Part shown: positions 37,400 through 49,327 of the stretch, one piece after another | Numbering within the stretch: position 1 is the stretch's first letter | Layout: each line of letters opens with the position of its first letter | NCBI RefSeq assembly: GCF_963921235.1 | Contig: NC_086108.1 | Location: 113,772,001-113,836,000 of the forward strand | Direction: 5' to 3' | Length of the DNA: 64,000 nucleotides | Origin: Mobula hypostoma | Taxonomy: Eukaryota | Notes under the pieces: generated by a model | What the model saw: only the letters and a program-made list of their open reading frames with translations | Told to the model about the DNA's origin: nothing | Database searches by the model: none | Position numbers and translations under genes: made by a program

Positions 37400-40300
37400 C
37401 CCCTATACAGCGGGCAGCAGAGTGAGTGGTAGCAGAGTGTAGGGCTTTGGCTTCAACGGGCTTCGGCAGTAACAGGAAGAGGTGAGAGCGAGGCACCAAC
37501 TCTTTTTTTTTCCCTTGGCGAATCGGCCCAGACAGACAGGAATAGCAGGGCTCACATAGCTAACGGTACGAGCTAACGGTTTAAAAAGTTTGTCTGTTTG
37601 GCGAGGTAAGTGGGTGAGGAGACTTATTTTTTCCTGTTTCATTCCTGTAGAATTAGATAGCATGCCTGCAGGGTTAGTGCTTTGTTCAGGGTGTCAGATG
37701 TGGGAATCCTGGGAGACCTCCAGCCTCCCTGATGGTCACATCTGCACCAGGTGCACCGAGATGCAGCTCCTCAGAGACCGTGTTAGGGATCTGGAGCTGC
37801 AGCTTGATGACCTACTGTTTATCAGGGAAAGTGAAGAGGTGATAGACAGGAGCTACAGGGAGGTAGTCATCCCTAGGCTACAGGGGTCAGAAAATTGGGT
37901 GACTGTCAGGACAGGGAAGGAACTGTAATGAAAACCAATTTCCCCCAGGATCAATAAAGTATGACTACGACTATGACTATGACTATGGAAAATACCCGGA
38001 TAGTGGAAAGCACACCTGTGGGTGTCCCCCTCAGCAACTAATATCTTGTTATGGATGCTGTTGAGGGGTATGACCTGACGGGGGATGCCCACGGTGACCG
38101 GGTCTCTTGCACTGAGCCTGGCGCCGTTGTGCAGGAGGGGAAGAGGGAGAAGAGGAATGCGGTAGTCATAGGGGATTCCATAGTCAGGGGAAAAGACAGG
38201 AGATTCTGTGAGCCTGATAGAGATACCTGCATGGTGTGTTGCCTCCCAGGTGCCAGGGTATGGGGTGTCTTGGATTGGGTCCAGAATATTCTGAACAGAG
38301 AGGGCGAGCAGCCAGTTGTCTTGGTACATGTTGGTACCAATGACATAGATAGGATAAGGGAGGAGGTCCTGTAGAGAGATTTCCAGGGGTTAGGAAGGAA
38401 GCTGAGACGCAGGACCTCCAGAGCAGTAATCTCTGGATTGCTACCTGTGCCACGTGCTAGCAAGGGCAAGAATAGTAGGTTCAGGCAGATGAATGCGTGG
38501 CTGAGAGACTGGTGCAGGGGACAGGGCTTCCGATCCTTGGATCATTGGGATCTCTTCTGGGGGAAGTATGACCTGTTCAAAATGGTCAGGTTACACCTGA
38601 ACCCGAAGGGGACCAATATCCTGGCGGGAAGGTTTAATAGAGCTGTTAGGGAGGGTTTAAACTAATTTGGCAGGGAGATGGGAACCGGAATGATAGAGCG
38701 GAGGAAGAGGAAAACAGAAATAAATCTAAGATAGTGAGCAGTAAAAACGTCAGGAAAGACAGGCAGGTGATGGGGCAAATTTGTAGCCATTGGGATGAGT
38801 TGCAGTGCAATAAAGTTGCAGTGAAATCAAAACGAAAAGTACCAAATACTGGTCTTAAGGTGCTATACTTAAATGCATGCAGCATAAGGAATAAGGTGCA
38901 TGATCTTGTCGTACAGCTACAGGTATGATATTGTGGCCATCACGGAGACGTGGCTAAAGGATGCATGCCTCTGGGAGCTGAATGTCCAAGGATACACAGT
39001 GTATCGGAAGGATAGGAAGGTAGGCAGAGGGGGAGGTGTGGCTTTATCGGTAAGAAATGATATTAAATCATTAGAAAGAGGTGACACAGGATGGGAAGGT
39101 GCAGAATCTTTATGGGCTGAGCTAAGAAATCACAGGGGTAAAAGGATCCTGATGGCAGTTATTTATAGGCCTCCAAACAGCTGCAGTGATGTGGACTACA
39201 AATTACAACAGGAAATAGAAAAGGCTTGTCAGAAGGGCAGTGTTAGGATAATTGTGGGGGATTTTAACATGCGAGTGGATTGGGAAAATCAGGTCGACAC
39301 TGGATCTCAAGAGAGAGAATTTGTAGAATGTCTGCGAGATGGCTTTTTAGAACAACTTGTTGTTGAGCCCACTGGGGGATTGGCTGTACTGGATTGGGTA
39401 TTGTGTAATGAACCGGAGGTGATTAGAGAGATTGAGGTGAAGGAACCCTTAGGAGACAGTAATCATATCATGATTGAGTTCACTGTGAAATTTTAAAAAG
39501 AGAAGCCGAAATTTGATGTGTCGGTATTTCTGGAGTAAAGGAAATTATAGTGGCATGAGAGAGGAACTGGCCAAAGTTGACTGGAAAGGGACACTGGCGG
39601 GAAGGACGGCACAGCATCAGCGGCTAGAGTTTATGCAAGAAGTGAGGAAGGTGCAAGACAGGTATATTACAAAAAAGAAGAAATTTTCACATGGAAAAAG
39701 GATGCAACTGTGGCTGACAAGAGAAGACAAAGCCAAAGTTAAAGCAAAGGAGAGGGCATACAAGGAAGCAAAAATTAGTGGGAAGACAGAAGATTGGGAA
39801 GTTTTTAAAAGCTTACAAAAGAAACTAAGAAGGTCATTAAGAGGGAAAAGATTAACTCTGAAAGGAAGCTAGCAAATAATATCAAAGAGGATACTAAAAG
39901 CTTTTTAAAGTATATAAAGAGTAAAAGACAGGTGAGAGTAGATATAGGACTGATAGAAAATGATGCTGGTGAAATTGTAATGGGAGATGAGGAGATGGCG
40001 GAGGAACTGAACAAGTATTTTGCATCAGTCTTCACTGAGGAAGACATCAGCAGTATACCAGACACTCAAGGGTGGCAGGGAAGAGAAGCGTGCGCAGTCA
40101 CAATTACAACAGAGAAAGTACTCAGGAAGCTGAATAGTCTAAAGGTAGATATATCTCCCGGACCAGATGGAATGCACTCTCGTGTTCTGAAGGAAGTAGC
40201 TGTGGAGATTGCCGAGGCATAGCGATGATCTTTCAAAAGTCGATAGATTCTGGCATGGTTCCAGAGGACTGGAAGATTCCAAATGTCACTCCGCTATTTA

Positions 40301-41728
40301 AGAAGGGGGCAAGGAAGCAAAAAGGAAATTATAGACCTGTCAGCTTGACATCCGTGGTTGGGAAGTTGTTGGGAGTCGATTGTCAAGGATGAGGTTACAG
40401 AGTACCTGGAGGCATATGACAAGATAGGCAGAACCCAACATGGATACCTTAAAGAAAAATCCTGCCTGACAAATATATTACATTTTTTTGAGGAAATTAC
40501 AAGTAGGCTAGACAAGGGAGATGCAGTGGATGTTATATATTTGGATTTTCAGAAGGCCTTTAACAAGGTGCCATACATGAGGCTACTTAACAAGATAAGA
40601 GCCCATGGAATTACCAGAAAGTTACACACGTGGGATAGAGCATTGGCTGATTGGCAGGAAACAGAGGGTGGGAATAAAGGGATCCTATTCTGGTTGGCTG
40701 CCGGTTACCAGTGGTATTCCATAGGGGTCCGTGTTGGGGCCGCTTCTTTTTACATTGTACATCAACGGTTTGGATTATGGAATAGATGGCTTTGTGGCTA
40801 AGTTTACTGATGATACGAAGACAGGTGGAGGGGCCGGTAGTGCTGAGGAAACGGAGAGTCTGCAGAGAGACTTGGATAGATTGGAAGAATGGTCAAAGAA
40901 GTGGCAAATGAAATACAATGTTGGAAAGTGTATGGTTATGCACTGGCAGAAGAAATAAACGGGCCGACTATTATTTAAATGGGGAGAGAATTCGAAGTTC
41001 TGGGATGCAACGGGACTTGGGAGTCCTCGTACAGGATACCCTTACAGTTAACCTCCAGGTTGAGTCGCTGGTGAAGAAGGCGAATGCAATGTTGGCATTC
41101 ATTTCTAGAGGAACAGAGTATAGGAACAGGGATGTGATGTTGAGGCTCTATAAGGCACTGGTGAGACCTCACTTGGAGTACTGTGGGCAGTTTTGGTTTC
41201 CAAATTTAAGAAAGGATGTGTTGACGTTGGAGAGGGTACAGAGAAGATTCACTAGAATGATTCCGGGAATGAGAGGGTTAACATATGAGGAACGTTTGTC
41301 CGCTCTTGGACTGTATTCCTTGGAGTTTAGAAGAATGAGGGGAGACCTCATAGAAATATTTCGGATGTTGAAAGGCATGGACAGAGTGGATGTGGCAAAG
41401 TTGTTTCCCATGATGGGGGAGTCTAGTACAAGAGTGCAGACTTAAGGATTGAAGGGCGCCCATTCAGAACAGAGATGCGAAGAAATTTTTTTAGTCAGAG
41501 GGTGGTGAATCTATGGAATTTGTTGCCATGGGCGGCAGTGGAGGGCAAGTCACTGGGTGTATTTAAGACAGAGATTGATAGGTATCTGAGTAGCCAGGGC
41601 ATTAAAGGTTACGGTGAGAAGGTGGGGGAGTGGGACTAAATGGGAGAATGGATCAGCTCATGATAAAACGGTGGAGCAGACTCGATGGGCCGAATGGCCG
41701 ACTTCTGCTCCTTTGTCTTATGGTCTTT
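37400..41728 (+). mobile_element. Near full-length degenerate CR1 LINE (different subfamily)
   Basis: ORF1 'CSGCQMW...CTRC' and 'VIGDSIVRG'; ORF2 'IVAITETWL', 'YRPPN', 'YLDFQKAF', 'FTDDTK'; 3' end 'tcttatggtctt'. A 60-bp insert with a (gactat)n tail lies at 37925-37986. Confidence 0.88.
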
Positions 41729-42649
41729 TTACTCCGAGTACATTAAAACAAGGCAGTCATCAACACAGAAGCAATGCAAAACCTTGTCCATCATCTCACA
41801 GCTAAACTGTTCTTCATTGTCTTCTGTGCATTTCCTAAAGGCAAACATGGTACAGCTTGGTGATGAAGCACCTCCAAACAGATGTACTACCATTCCAAAG
41901 TCCACCATATCTTGGCTGAGGTCACCAGAGAAATCTCAGCAGATCTGCATCTTCAGCTAGTACTTTAACCTGAAGAAACATTGCTTCAGTACCTGCCATG
42001 ATCACCACTGTTGTATTCTGAATGTGGTTATGACTCCAATCAGTGAGCCAGGAAGATCTGGTCCCTGTAAGTACTTTTGGGATGCCATCAAGAAGGCAAT
42101 TCATGCAAGCAGCTCCAATGGAAACCATCAAATACTCCCGTTTCAGTTTGCTAGAGCTGGGAACTATAACTACATATAAGGTCTGTAGAGCTAGTAACAT
42201 AAATTTAATGCGATCAGAAAATCTATCCCTACTTAAAATTGGAACTCGAACAGACTCTGATCACTAACATGGTTCACCTTTAAGACAGCAGCAGAGAGGA
42301 TGCCGTGCTGGTTTGAAAGTTTGTCTAAGGAAGCATGACTTCCGGCTACCAATACCAACTATCTTGCTGGCAAACCTAGTTTCTGGTAAATAAAACTGAA
42401 GATCTCAGATCTAGAGTGCTGTACCAGAGGGATGTTAAAAGCTGTTGCAGCTTTTGTTTTACGGAATCTTGGTCAGCCCCTTCCATTCTGGGTCCAGCAA
42501 TACAGATTGATGGGTCGACAAGACATGGCTAAGATAATACTGTTGAGTCTTTCAAAGGCAGAGGATGTGGAGTATGTTTCATGATCAATTCCTTGTGCTA
42601 TACCAACGTGGCTGTTCTGTACCAGACCTGCAAAACTTTATGATCAAAT

Positions 42650-43420
42650 AGAAACATAGAACATAGAAAACCTACAGCACAATACAGGCCCTTTGGCCCA
42701 TAAAGCTGTACCGAGCATTTGCTTACTTAGAAATTATCTAAGGTTACCCATAGCCCTCTATTTTTCTAAGCTCCATGTAGCCACCCGGGAGTCTCTTAAA
42801 AGACCCTATCATATCCACCTCCACGACTGTCGCCGGCAGCTCATTCCATGCACTCACCACTCTCTGTGTAAAAAAACTTACCCCGATATCTCCTCTGTAC
42901 CTTCTTCCAAGCACCTTAAAACTGTGCCTTCTCATGCTAGCCATTTCCGCCCTGGGAAAAAGCCTCTGACTATCCACACAATCAAAGGCTCTCATCATCT
43001 TATACACCTCTATCAGGTCACCTCTCATCCTCCGTCGCTCCAAGGAAAAAAGGCCGAGTTCATTCAACCTGTTTTCATAAGGCATGCTCCCCAATCCAGG
43101 CAACATCCTTGTAAATCTCCTCTGCACCCATTCTGTGGTTTCCACACCCTTCCTGTAGTGAGGCGACCAGAACTGAAAACAGTACTCAAAGTGGGGTCTG
43201 ACCAGGGTCCTATATAGCTGCAATATTACCTCTCGGCTCCTAAACACAATCCCACGATTGATGAAGGCCAATGCACCGTATGCCCTCTTAACCACAGAGT
43301 CAACCTGCATAGCAGCTTTGAGTGTCCTCTGGACTGGGACCTCAAGATCCCTCTGATCCTCCACACTGCCAAGAGTCTTACCATTAATACTATATTCTAT
43401 CATCGTATCTGACCTACCAT
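42650..43420 (-). mobile_element. CR1 LINE 3' fragment
   Basis: ORF 42744..43403 and a (ttctatg)-type tail. Confidence 0.85.
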
Positions 43421-43424
43421 GTTG

Positions 43425-45565
43425 TCCATTTTACCTGTTGCAGGAGATTTCAGTGATCACTCTGCTAGTGGTGTACATCCCACCTCAGGCTAGTGACAAA
43501 CAGGCTCTGGACGAACTGATGTAATGAAGAGGTGTGAAACAGCACATGCTGCTGCATTCCCCATCATTTTGGGGGATTTTAACTAGGCCAGCTTGAAAAA
43601 GTCTCTAAATAATTATTAGTAACAAATCATTTGTAGTACCAGAGAGAACCAACACACTGGACCATTGTTACACAACCAAGAGCACTTACCATGCTCACCT
43701 GGCTATATTTCTACTCCCCGAGTATAGGCAGAGACTGAAGACTGCGGCACCGGCAGTGATGAACAGTGACAGTGCAGGAGTACTTACAGGACTGTTTTGA
43801 ATTGGTGTACTGGACTGTATTTAGGGATTCATCTTTGAGTCTGAATGAGTACGCCACAGCTATCACTGACTTCATTAAAACCTGTGTGGGTGAGCCTATG
43901 AGAACTAACTGTACATGCCCAAATCAAAAGCTATGGATGAACCAGGAGGTTTGCAGTTTGTTGAGAGCTAGATCTGTGGCATTCAAGTCTGGCGACCCAG
44001 ATCTGTACAAGAAAACCAGGTATGACTTCAGGAGGACTACTCCAAGAGCTAAGGAACAATTCTAAACAAGGATGGAGGTGATATCGGATGCATGGCAACT
44101 CTGGCAGGCCATTACTTCCTACAAAGTGAAACCTAACATCATGAATGGCAGTGATGCTTTGAGAGGCTCGTTATGGCTAGAATTAACTCCTGTCTTACTT
44201 AAAAAGGACCTAGACCCACTGCAAATTGCTTATTGCCACAATAGGTTAATGGTGGGCACAATCTTACTGGCTCTAGACAATACCAATACCCATGTCAGAA
44301 TGCTGTTTATTGACTACAGCTTAGCACTTAGCACAATCAGTTTTTAAGGACTTTATTCCTTAGAACATAGAAGATTGAGAGGAAATTTGATAGAGGTATA
44401 GATGGCAAGTGCAAGCCAGCTTTTTTTCACAGAGGTTGGGTTGGACTCCAACCAGAGGGCATGGGTTAAGGGTGAAAGGTGAAAATTTAAGGGGAACATG
44501 AGGGGAAAGTTCATCATGAGTGTGAACAAGCTGTCAGAATAAGTGGTGAATACAAGCTCAATTTCAACGCTTAAGTGAAGTTTGAATAGGTACACAGATG
44601 GTGGGGGTATGAAGGGCTATGGTGCAGGTCGATGGGAGTAGGCACTTTAATTGGTTTCGGTATGGACTAGATTGGCCGAAGGGCCTGTTTCTGTGCTGTA
44701 CTTTTCTATGACTCTACAATCACTCCTACAATTCTGATTAAAAAGCTCCAGAACCTGGGCCTCTGTACCTCCCTCTGCAACTGGATCGACTTCCTAATCG
44801 GAAGACCACAATCTGCAATCAGAAATAACATCTCCACCTCACTGACAATCAACACTAGCGCATCTCAGGATGTGTGCTTAGCCCACTGCTCTCTCTCTAC
44901 ACCTATGACTGGGTGGCTAGGCACAGCTCAAATGCCATCTATAAATTTGTTGACAGAATCTCAGATAGAGATGAGGGGACATACAGGAGCAAGGTTTATC
45001 AGCTAGCTGAGTGGCTAATTGACCTTGCACTCACTGTAAGAACAAAGAAATGATTGTGGACTTCAGAAAGGGTATGTCAAGGGAATACACACTTGTCCTC
45101 ATAGAGGGATCAGAAGTGCAAAGATTGAACAATTTCAAGTTCCTGGTTGACAATATCTCTGAGGATCTTACCCGGACCCAACATATCAATGCAACTACAA
45201 AGAAGGCACAAGAGTGGCTATATTTCATTAGGAGTTTGAGGATTTGATATGTAACCAAAATCACTTACAATTTTTTTTTTTGCACAGATGTACCCTGGAC
45301 AGCATTCGAAGTGGCTGGGGATCAAATTAAGCTGAAGAGAGTTGTAAACTTAGTCAGCTCCAGTATGGGCACTAGCCTCCATAGCATCCAGGACATCTAC
45401 TAGGAGCAATGCCTCAAAAAGGCGGTATGCATCATTAAGGATCACCCAGGTCACACTTTGTTCTCATTGCTACCTTCAGGAAAAAGGTACAGAAGAGTGA
45501 AGGCACACACTCAACGATTCAGGATCAGCTTCTTCCCCTGTCATCCATTTTCTGAATAGACATTA
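43425..45565 (+). mobile_element. Degenerate Rex1/Babar LINE with a CR1 fragment at about 44345-44716
   Basis: 'LQDCFE...W..F', 'LDPLQIAY', 'RMLFIDYS', 'MIVDFRK'. Confidence 0.7.
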
Positions 45566-46417
45566 TCACGACTGTGCACAAACAGCCAAATCAGACACCA
45601 TTTTCCTTAAGGAAGGCAACCTTCTCACTATGAGTCCTTTTCTCCAGCTGAGGGCGTGAATCCAATTTATGTTCACCCTCAAAGAACAGACAAACTCTTT
45701 TGGCTGATGAGACCATTTCCCTTCCACTTTGGTAGTAGAAATAAATGTGTAGACTATTTTCTAAACAGGGAGAAAATCCAAAACTCTGAGATGCAAAGGG
45801 ACTTAGAGAGTCCTTGTGCAGCACACCCTAAAGGTTAACTTTCAGGTAGAATCAGTCTTGCAATGCTAGCATTTATTTCAAGAGGTCTAGAATACAAAAT
45901 GCAAGGATGTGATGCTGAGGTTTTATCAGGCACTGGTGAGGCCTCACCTTGAGAATCGTGAAGAGTTTTGGGCCACTCGTCTTAGAAAAGATGTGCTGGC
46001 ATTGGGAGAGGGTCCAGAGGAGGTTCACAAGGATGATTCCAGGAATGAAAGGGTTATCACATGATGAACATTTGATGGTTCTGGGCCTGTACTCGCTGGA
46101 ATTCAGAAGGATGGTGGTCGGGCGGGGGGGGGAATCTCATTGAAACCTTTCAAATGTTGAAAGGTCTAGACAAATGTAGATGTGGAAAAGATGTTTCCCA
46201 TGGTGGGAGAGTCCAGGACAAGAGGGCACAGCCACAGGATAGAGGGGCGCCCTTTCAAAACAGAGATGCTGAGAAATTTCTTTAGCCAAAGGGTGGTGAA
46301 TTTGTGGAATTTGTTGCCAGGAGCAGCTGTGGAGGCCAGGTCATTGGGTGTATTTAAGGCAGAGATTGATAGGTTCTTGATTGGACATGGCATCAAAGGT
46401 TACGGAGAGAAGGCCGG

Positions 46418-46617
46418 TGTCGTATATGTGGCCATTTACACAACAATATCATTAATAAAAATGCTAGAGACTGGAGCTAAGTTAACGGGGGCTTTTACTT
46501 ACGGAACCCGAAATGAACATAAATATACCTATATATGTACGTAATAGCGCATGCTCAATATGATGGATTAGTACAACATTAAGTAGTCTTATATTATACA
46601 GTAGTTTATATGGTACA
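46418..46617 (-). repeat. 3' LTR of Gypsy element B
   Basis: Direct repeat of 53482-53680, TG...CA ends, adjacent to the PPT. Confidence 0.9.
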
Positions 46618-46894
46618 CTCCTCCCCTTTTACTTTAATCATGTATCAACTGCTTTTTTTTCACTGGGAGCACTATGCTAAACAATAGGTGTCCCCTTAAC
46701 ATACAAACGTTTAGCAATTATTTACTTAGTAACTCAATAATATCAAATTATAATAACGTAACATAATAATTGTAATAATTATAACTCAAGTCTCTGGAGG
46801 GTGTCTTCTCTGCCCCTCTGGGTAACGTCTGTCAATAAACTTGTTTGTTTTAATACAGATTTCCATATAAAAGTCATGAAAGTTGACCTCTGAG

Positions 46895-47435
46895 CATAGG
46901 GAGTTTCCATGGTCTGCTTCTAAGGTGACTTGCCACCATCAAAAGAAGTGGTTGGTGATCTGCTGTCCCTGCTAGTTATTCAAAAGTCAGGGCTATCCAA
47001 TGACTCACAGAAAAAACAGTACTTTCCCACTAAATCTTTCACTATTTGATTTCACAGTTGATCGCAATCCTGTTGTTCGTTCCATTGTTCTTAAACTGCC
47101 GTTAAAATACAGTTTTGCTGATATTAAGGATTACCTGCAGTACTGTCTGGCTCAAGAGGGAGAATTCCTTCAGATGCACATTCAGCACAAGTGTGAAAAT
47201 ACAACAATAGAAACCTTACAGTTTGTTGCCAGAATTCGCTTCTGTTTTGATGCTGTTTCCTAACTTCTTTGTGCAAAACAAGACACATTGGCTGAGGATT
47301 TAAAATATGTACGTGCAAAATAAGCTTCCCTGCAAAGGATTAAGTGTATGATTCTCAATGGAGGAAATGATTGGTTCAAGATTTACTTTGTGCAAAAGCT
47401 GTTCTGTTTGAATGGAATTGATTTTGTCCGCTGTT
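46895..47435 (+). pseudogene. RNF213: RNF213-like gene fragment captured antisense inside the LTR element
   Basis: Translates (with stops and frameshifts) to 'VSMVCF*GDLPPSKEVVGDLLSLLVIQK', 'VDRNPVVRSIVLKLPLKYSFADIKDYLQ', 'EGEFL...IETLQFVARIRFCFD', 'NDWFKIYFVQKL...GIDFV'. These are collinear with recalled RNF213 'VSTICF...PPEKEVIESLLSLL', 'VDKTPVIRSVILKLLLKYSFHDVKDYIQ', 'VEYLQEVARIRLCLD', 'NDWHRVYLVRKL...GMEFV'. Confidence 0.8.
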
Positions 47436-48105
47436 AGGTTTACCTCATCCCCCAGCAACCTGGTTTTCATTTATTTCACCACCATCAGCAATTTCTCCCT
47501 GCGGCTGGTTGCTATATTGTGGGCGGCGACCACAGCAACGACAACAAAGTAAGGTGGGTAACACTGTCTTCTGTAAGGAGGGCGGTGTTGCTGATTTTGA
47601 TAATCATGGTTTTCTCCATCTGTTGCTGTCTCCATTGGTAATTACGTGGTGGACCTTGGCAGCAAGGGTTGTTAACGATCATAACGATTTCTGTCTGCGG
47701 CATATCAGCTTCCTTGGACTGGAACTCCTCTGGGACCAGTTACATTTGCTGCTTCTGCACGCTTTTCGCCTTCCACTACATCGAACTCCAGTTTCACCAT
47801 ATCCAACACTGCAGAGGTAGTTCCCTGGGTTATTCATTTTTATAGCAGTCTGATGTACAAACACATCTTCCTCTATATCATTCTTGTTGATGAATCCATA
47901 TCCATTTCGTACATTGAACCACTTTACTGTTCCAAGAACCTTGTTGCGATGACTTTCTTCTCCCCGGGGAATTTGGGTTTGTCTGGCTGTTGCTGCTGCT
48001 GCTGTTTGGATTGCTGCTCCGTCCCGGGCTCACTCATGGTGTTGACAGGCTGCGTGAGGTGGTTGCGGCTCGGGCCGGTCTAAGGTGGGGGCTCCTGCGC
48101 TCTCT
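47436..48105 (-). pseudogene. YBX1: Processed Y-box protein (YBX1-like) fragment: 5' UTR, N-terminus, cold-shock domain
   Basis: caccATG at 48037; '[51 protein letters not shown]', '[15 protein letters not shown]', 'GPPRNYQ'. Intronless, with frameshifts and stops. Paralogue assignment (YBX1 vs YBX2/3) is not certain. Confidence 0.85.
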
Positions 48106-48490
48106 CTGCTTCTTTCTTCCCTCTAATATAATTCCTTTCCACTTTTTCTGTCTCCAGTTGCAGAAAAAGCTCTGCATTTCACATTCCTTCCTTGTATTGA
48201 TCTAGTTTCTTCATCCTTTTCTGATACTCCTGCAAAGTGCCTTCCTGTAACTGCTGTAGCTGTCTTTTGAGAGATGTCAATTTCTCCTGGTACATCTGCT
48301 CTTTTACTTCCAGGCAGTCTTCATCATCCTGCTTATTGGCAATATCTGTATTCCTTGCATCCTCTGTATCTTCATCCAAGTCATAGCCATGGGTACTGCA
48401 TTCGTCCTCATTGTTGACGCTGTCTAGCCCCTCGTAGTAATAGTTCACAATGGGTGAGAGGAGAGCTGCAGACATCTTCCCCGCCGAGCT
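48106..48490 (-). pseudogene. SUDS3: Processed SUDS3 (SIN3/HDAC subunit) 5' fragment
   Basis: ATG at 48475. 'MSAALL...DEDTEDA..TD...[63 protein letters not shown]' matches recalled SUDS3. Intronless. Confidence 0.9.
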
Positions 48491-49327
48491 GCCATCCTTT
48501 GACACATCTAGTGCCTTGATGGTGTGCCAATCCAATTGGATTTTCCTGAGCCATTCATGTCCCAGCAACGGTGGTCCTCTATTTTTCAGTACATAGAGGT
48601 TCAGTTGCTGTGTTCTACCTCCGTGGGTCACTGTCACTTTAATTTTGCCTTTGGGACGCACTTTCTGTCCTGTGTAAGTCTTTAGCAGTAGTTTAGTTCA
48701 TTTCAGAGGTATATGTGAAAACAGTCGTTTGTAGTCGCGTACATAGATCACTGTTAAGGCTGAGCCTGTGTCCAACTCCATTTTCAGTCTCATGCCTGCC
48801 ACTTGTGGAGTGATCCATATTACTCTTCGATCATCTGTCTCTTCCACGCTGTGAAGTGGCAGACAAGACAATTCACTTTTGTGTGAGTCACTTTCATCAG
48901 AATTGCTTTCTTTCATTTTGTATACATTGTTGTATTTTCCTTTCTGGGGGTTTCTTGTTTCTCTGTATTTTGTCCTTTTCCTGCTGTTTACTAGCTTTGC
49001 ATACTCTGCCAGGGTGGCCCTGTTTGCCACAGTTTTGGCATTCTTTATCTTTAAATCAACAACCATCAGGGTCATGTGACCTGATCCGACAACAGTAACA
49101 TTTCTTTCCTTCATTTCTGTGCAGTGACATTTTATTTGTAGCATATTGCAGAGATTTTTGTTGCATCTCTGAAGCACCACATGTTACTGTTTCTAATGAT
49201 ATTGAGATGTTCAGCGCTTTCTTGAATGTAAGGTCTTTTTCACACAGGAGCTTCTTCTGTGTGGTTTCACAGTACATGCCACACACTAACCTATTCCTCA
49301 ATGCGTCTGATAGACTAGCTCCAAATT

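Noticed and set aside
37960..37986. Short tandem repeats here and at 14851, 26213 and 49484 as possible CRISPR or satellite arrays
   Set aside because: They are microsatellite 3' tails of LINEs. There are no spacers, and the DNA is eukaryotic.
47436..48490. Functional SUDS3 or YBX1 genes
   Set aside because: Both are 3'-truncated, contain stops and frameshifts, and lie inside an LTR element.
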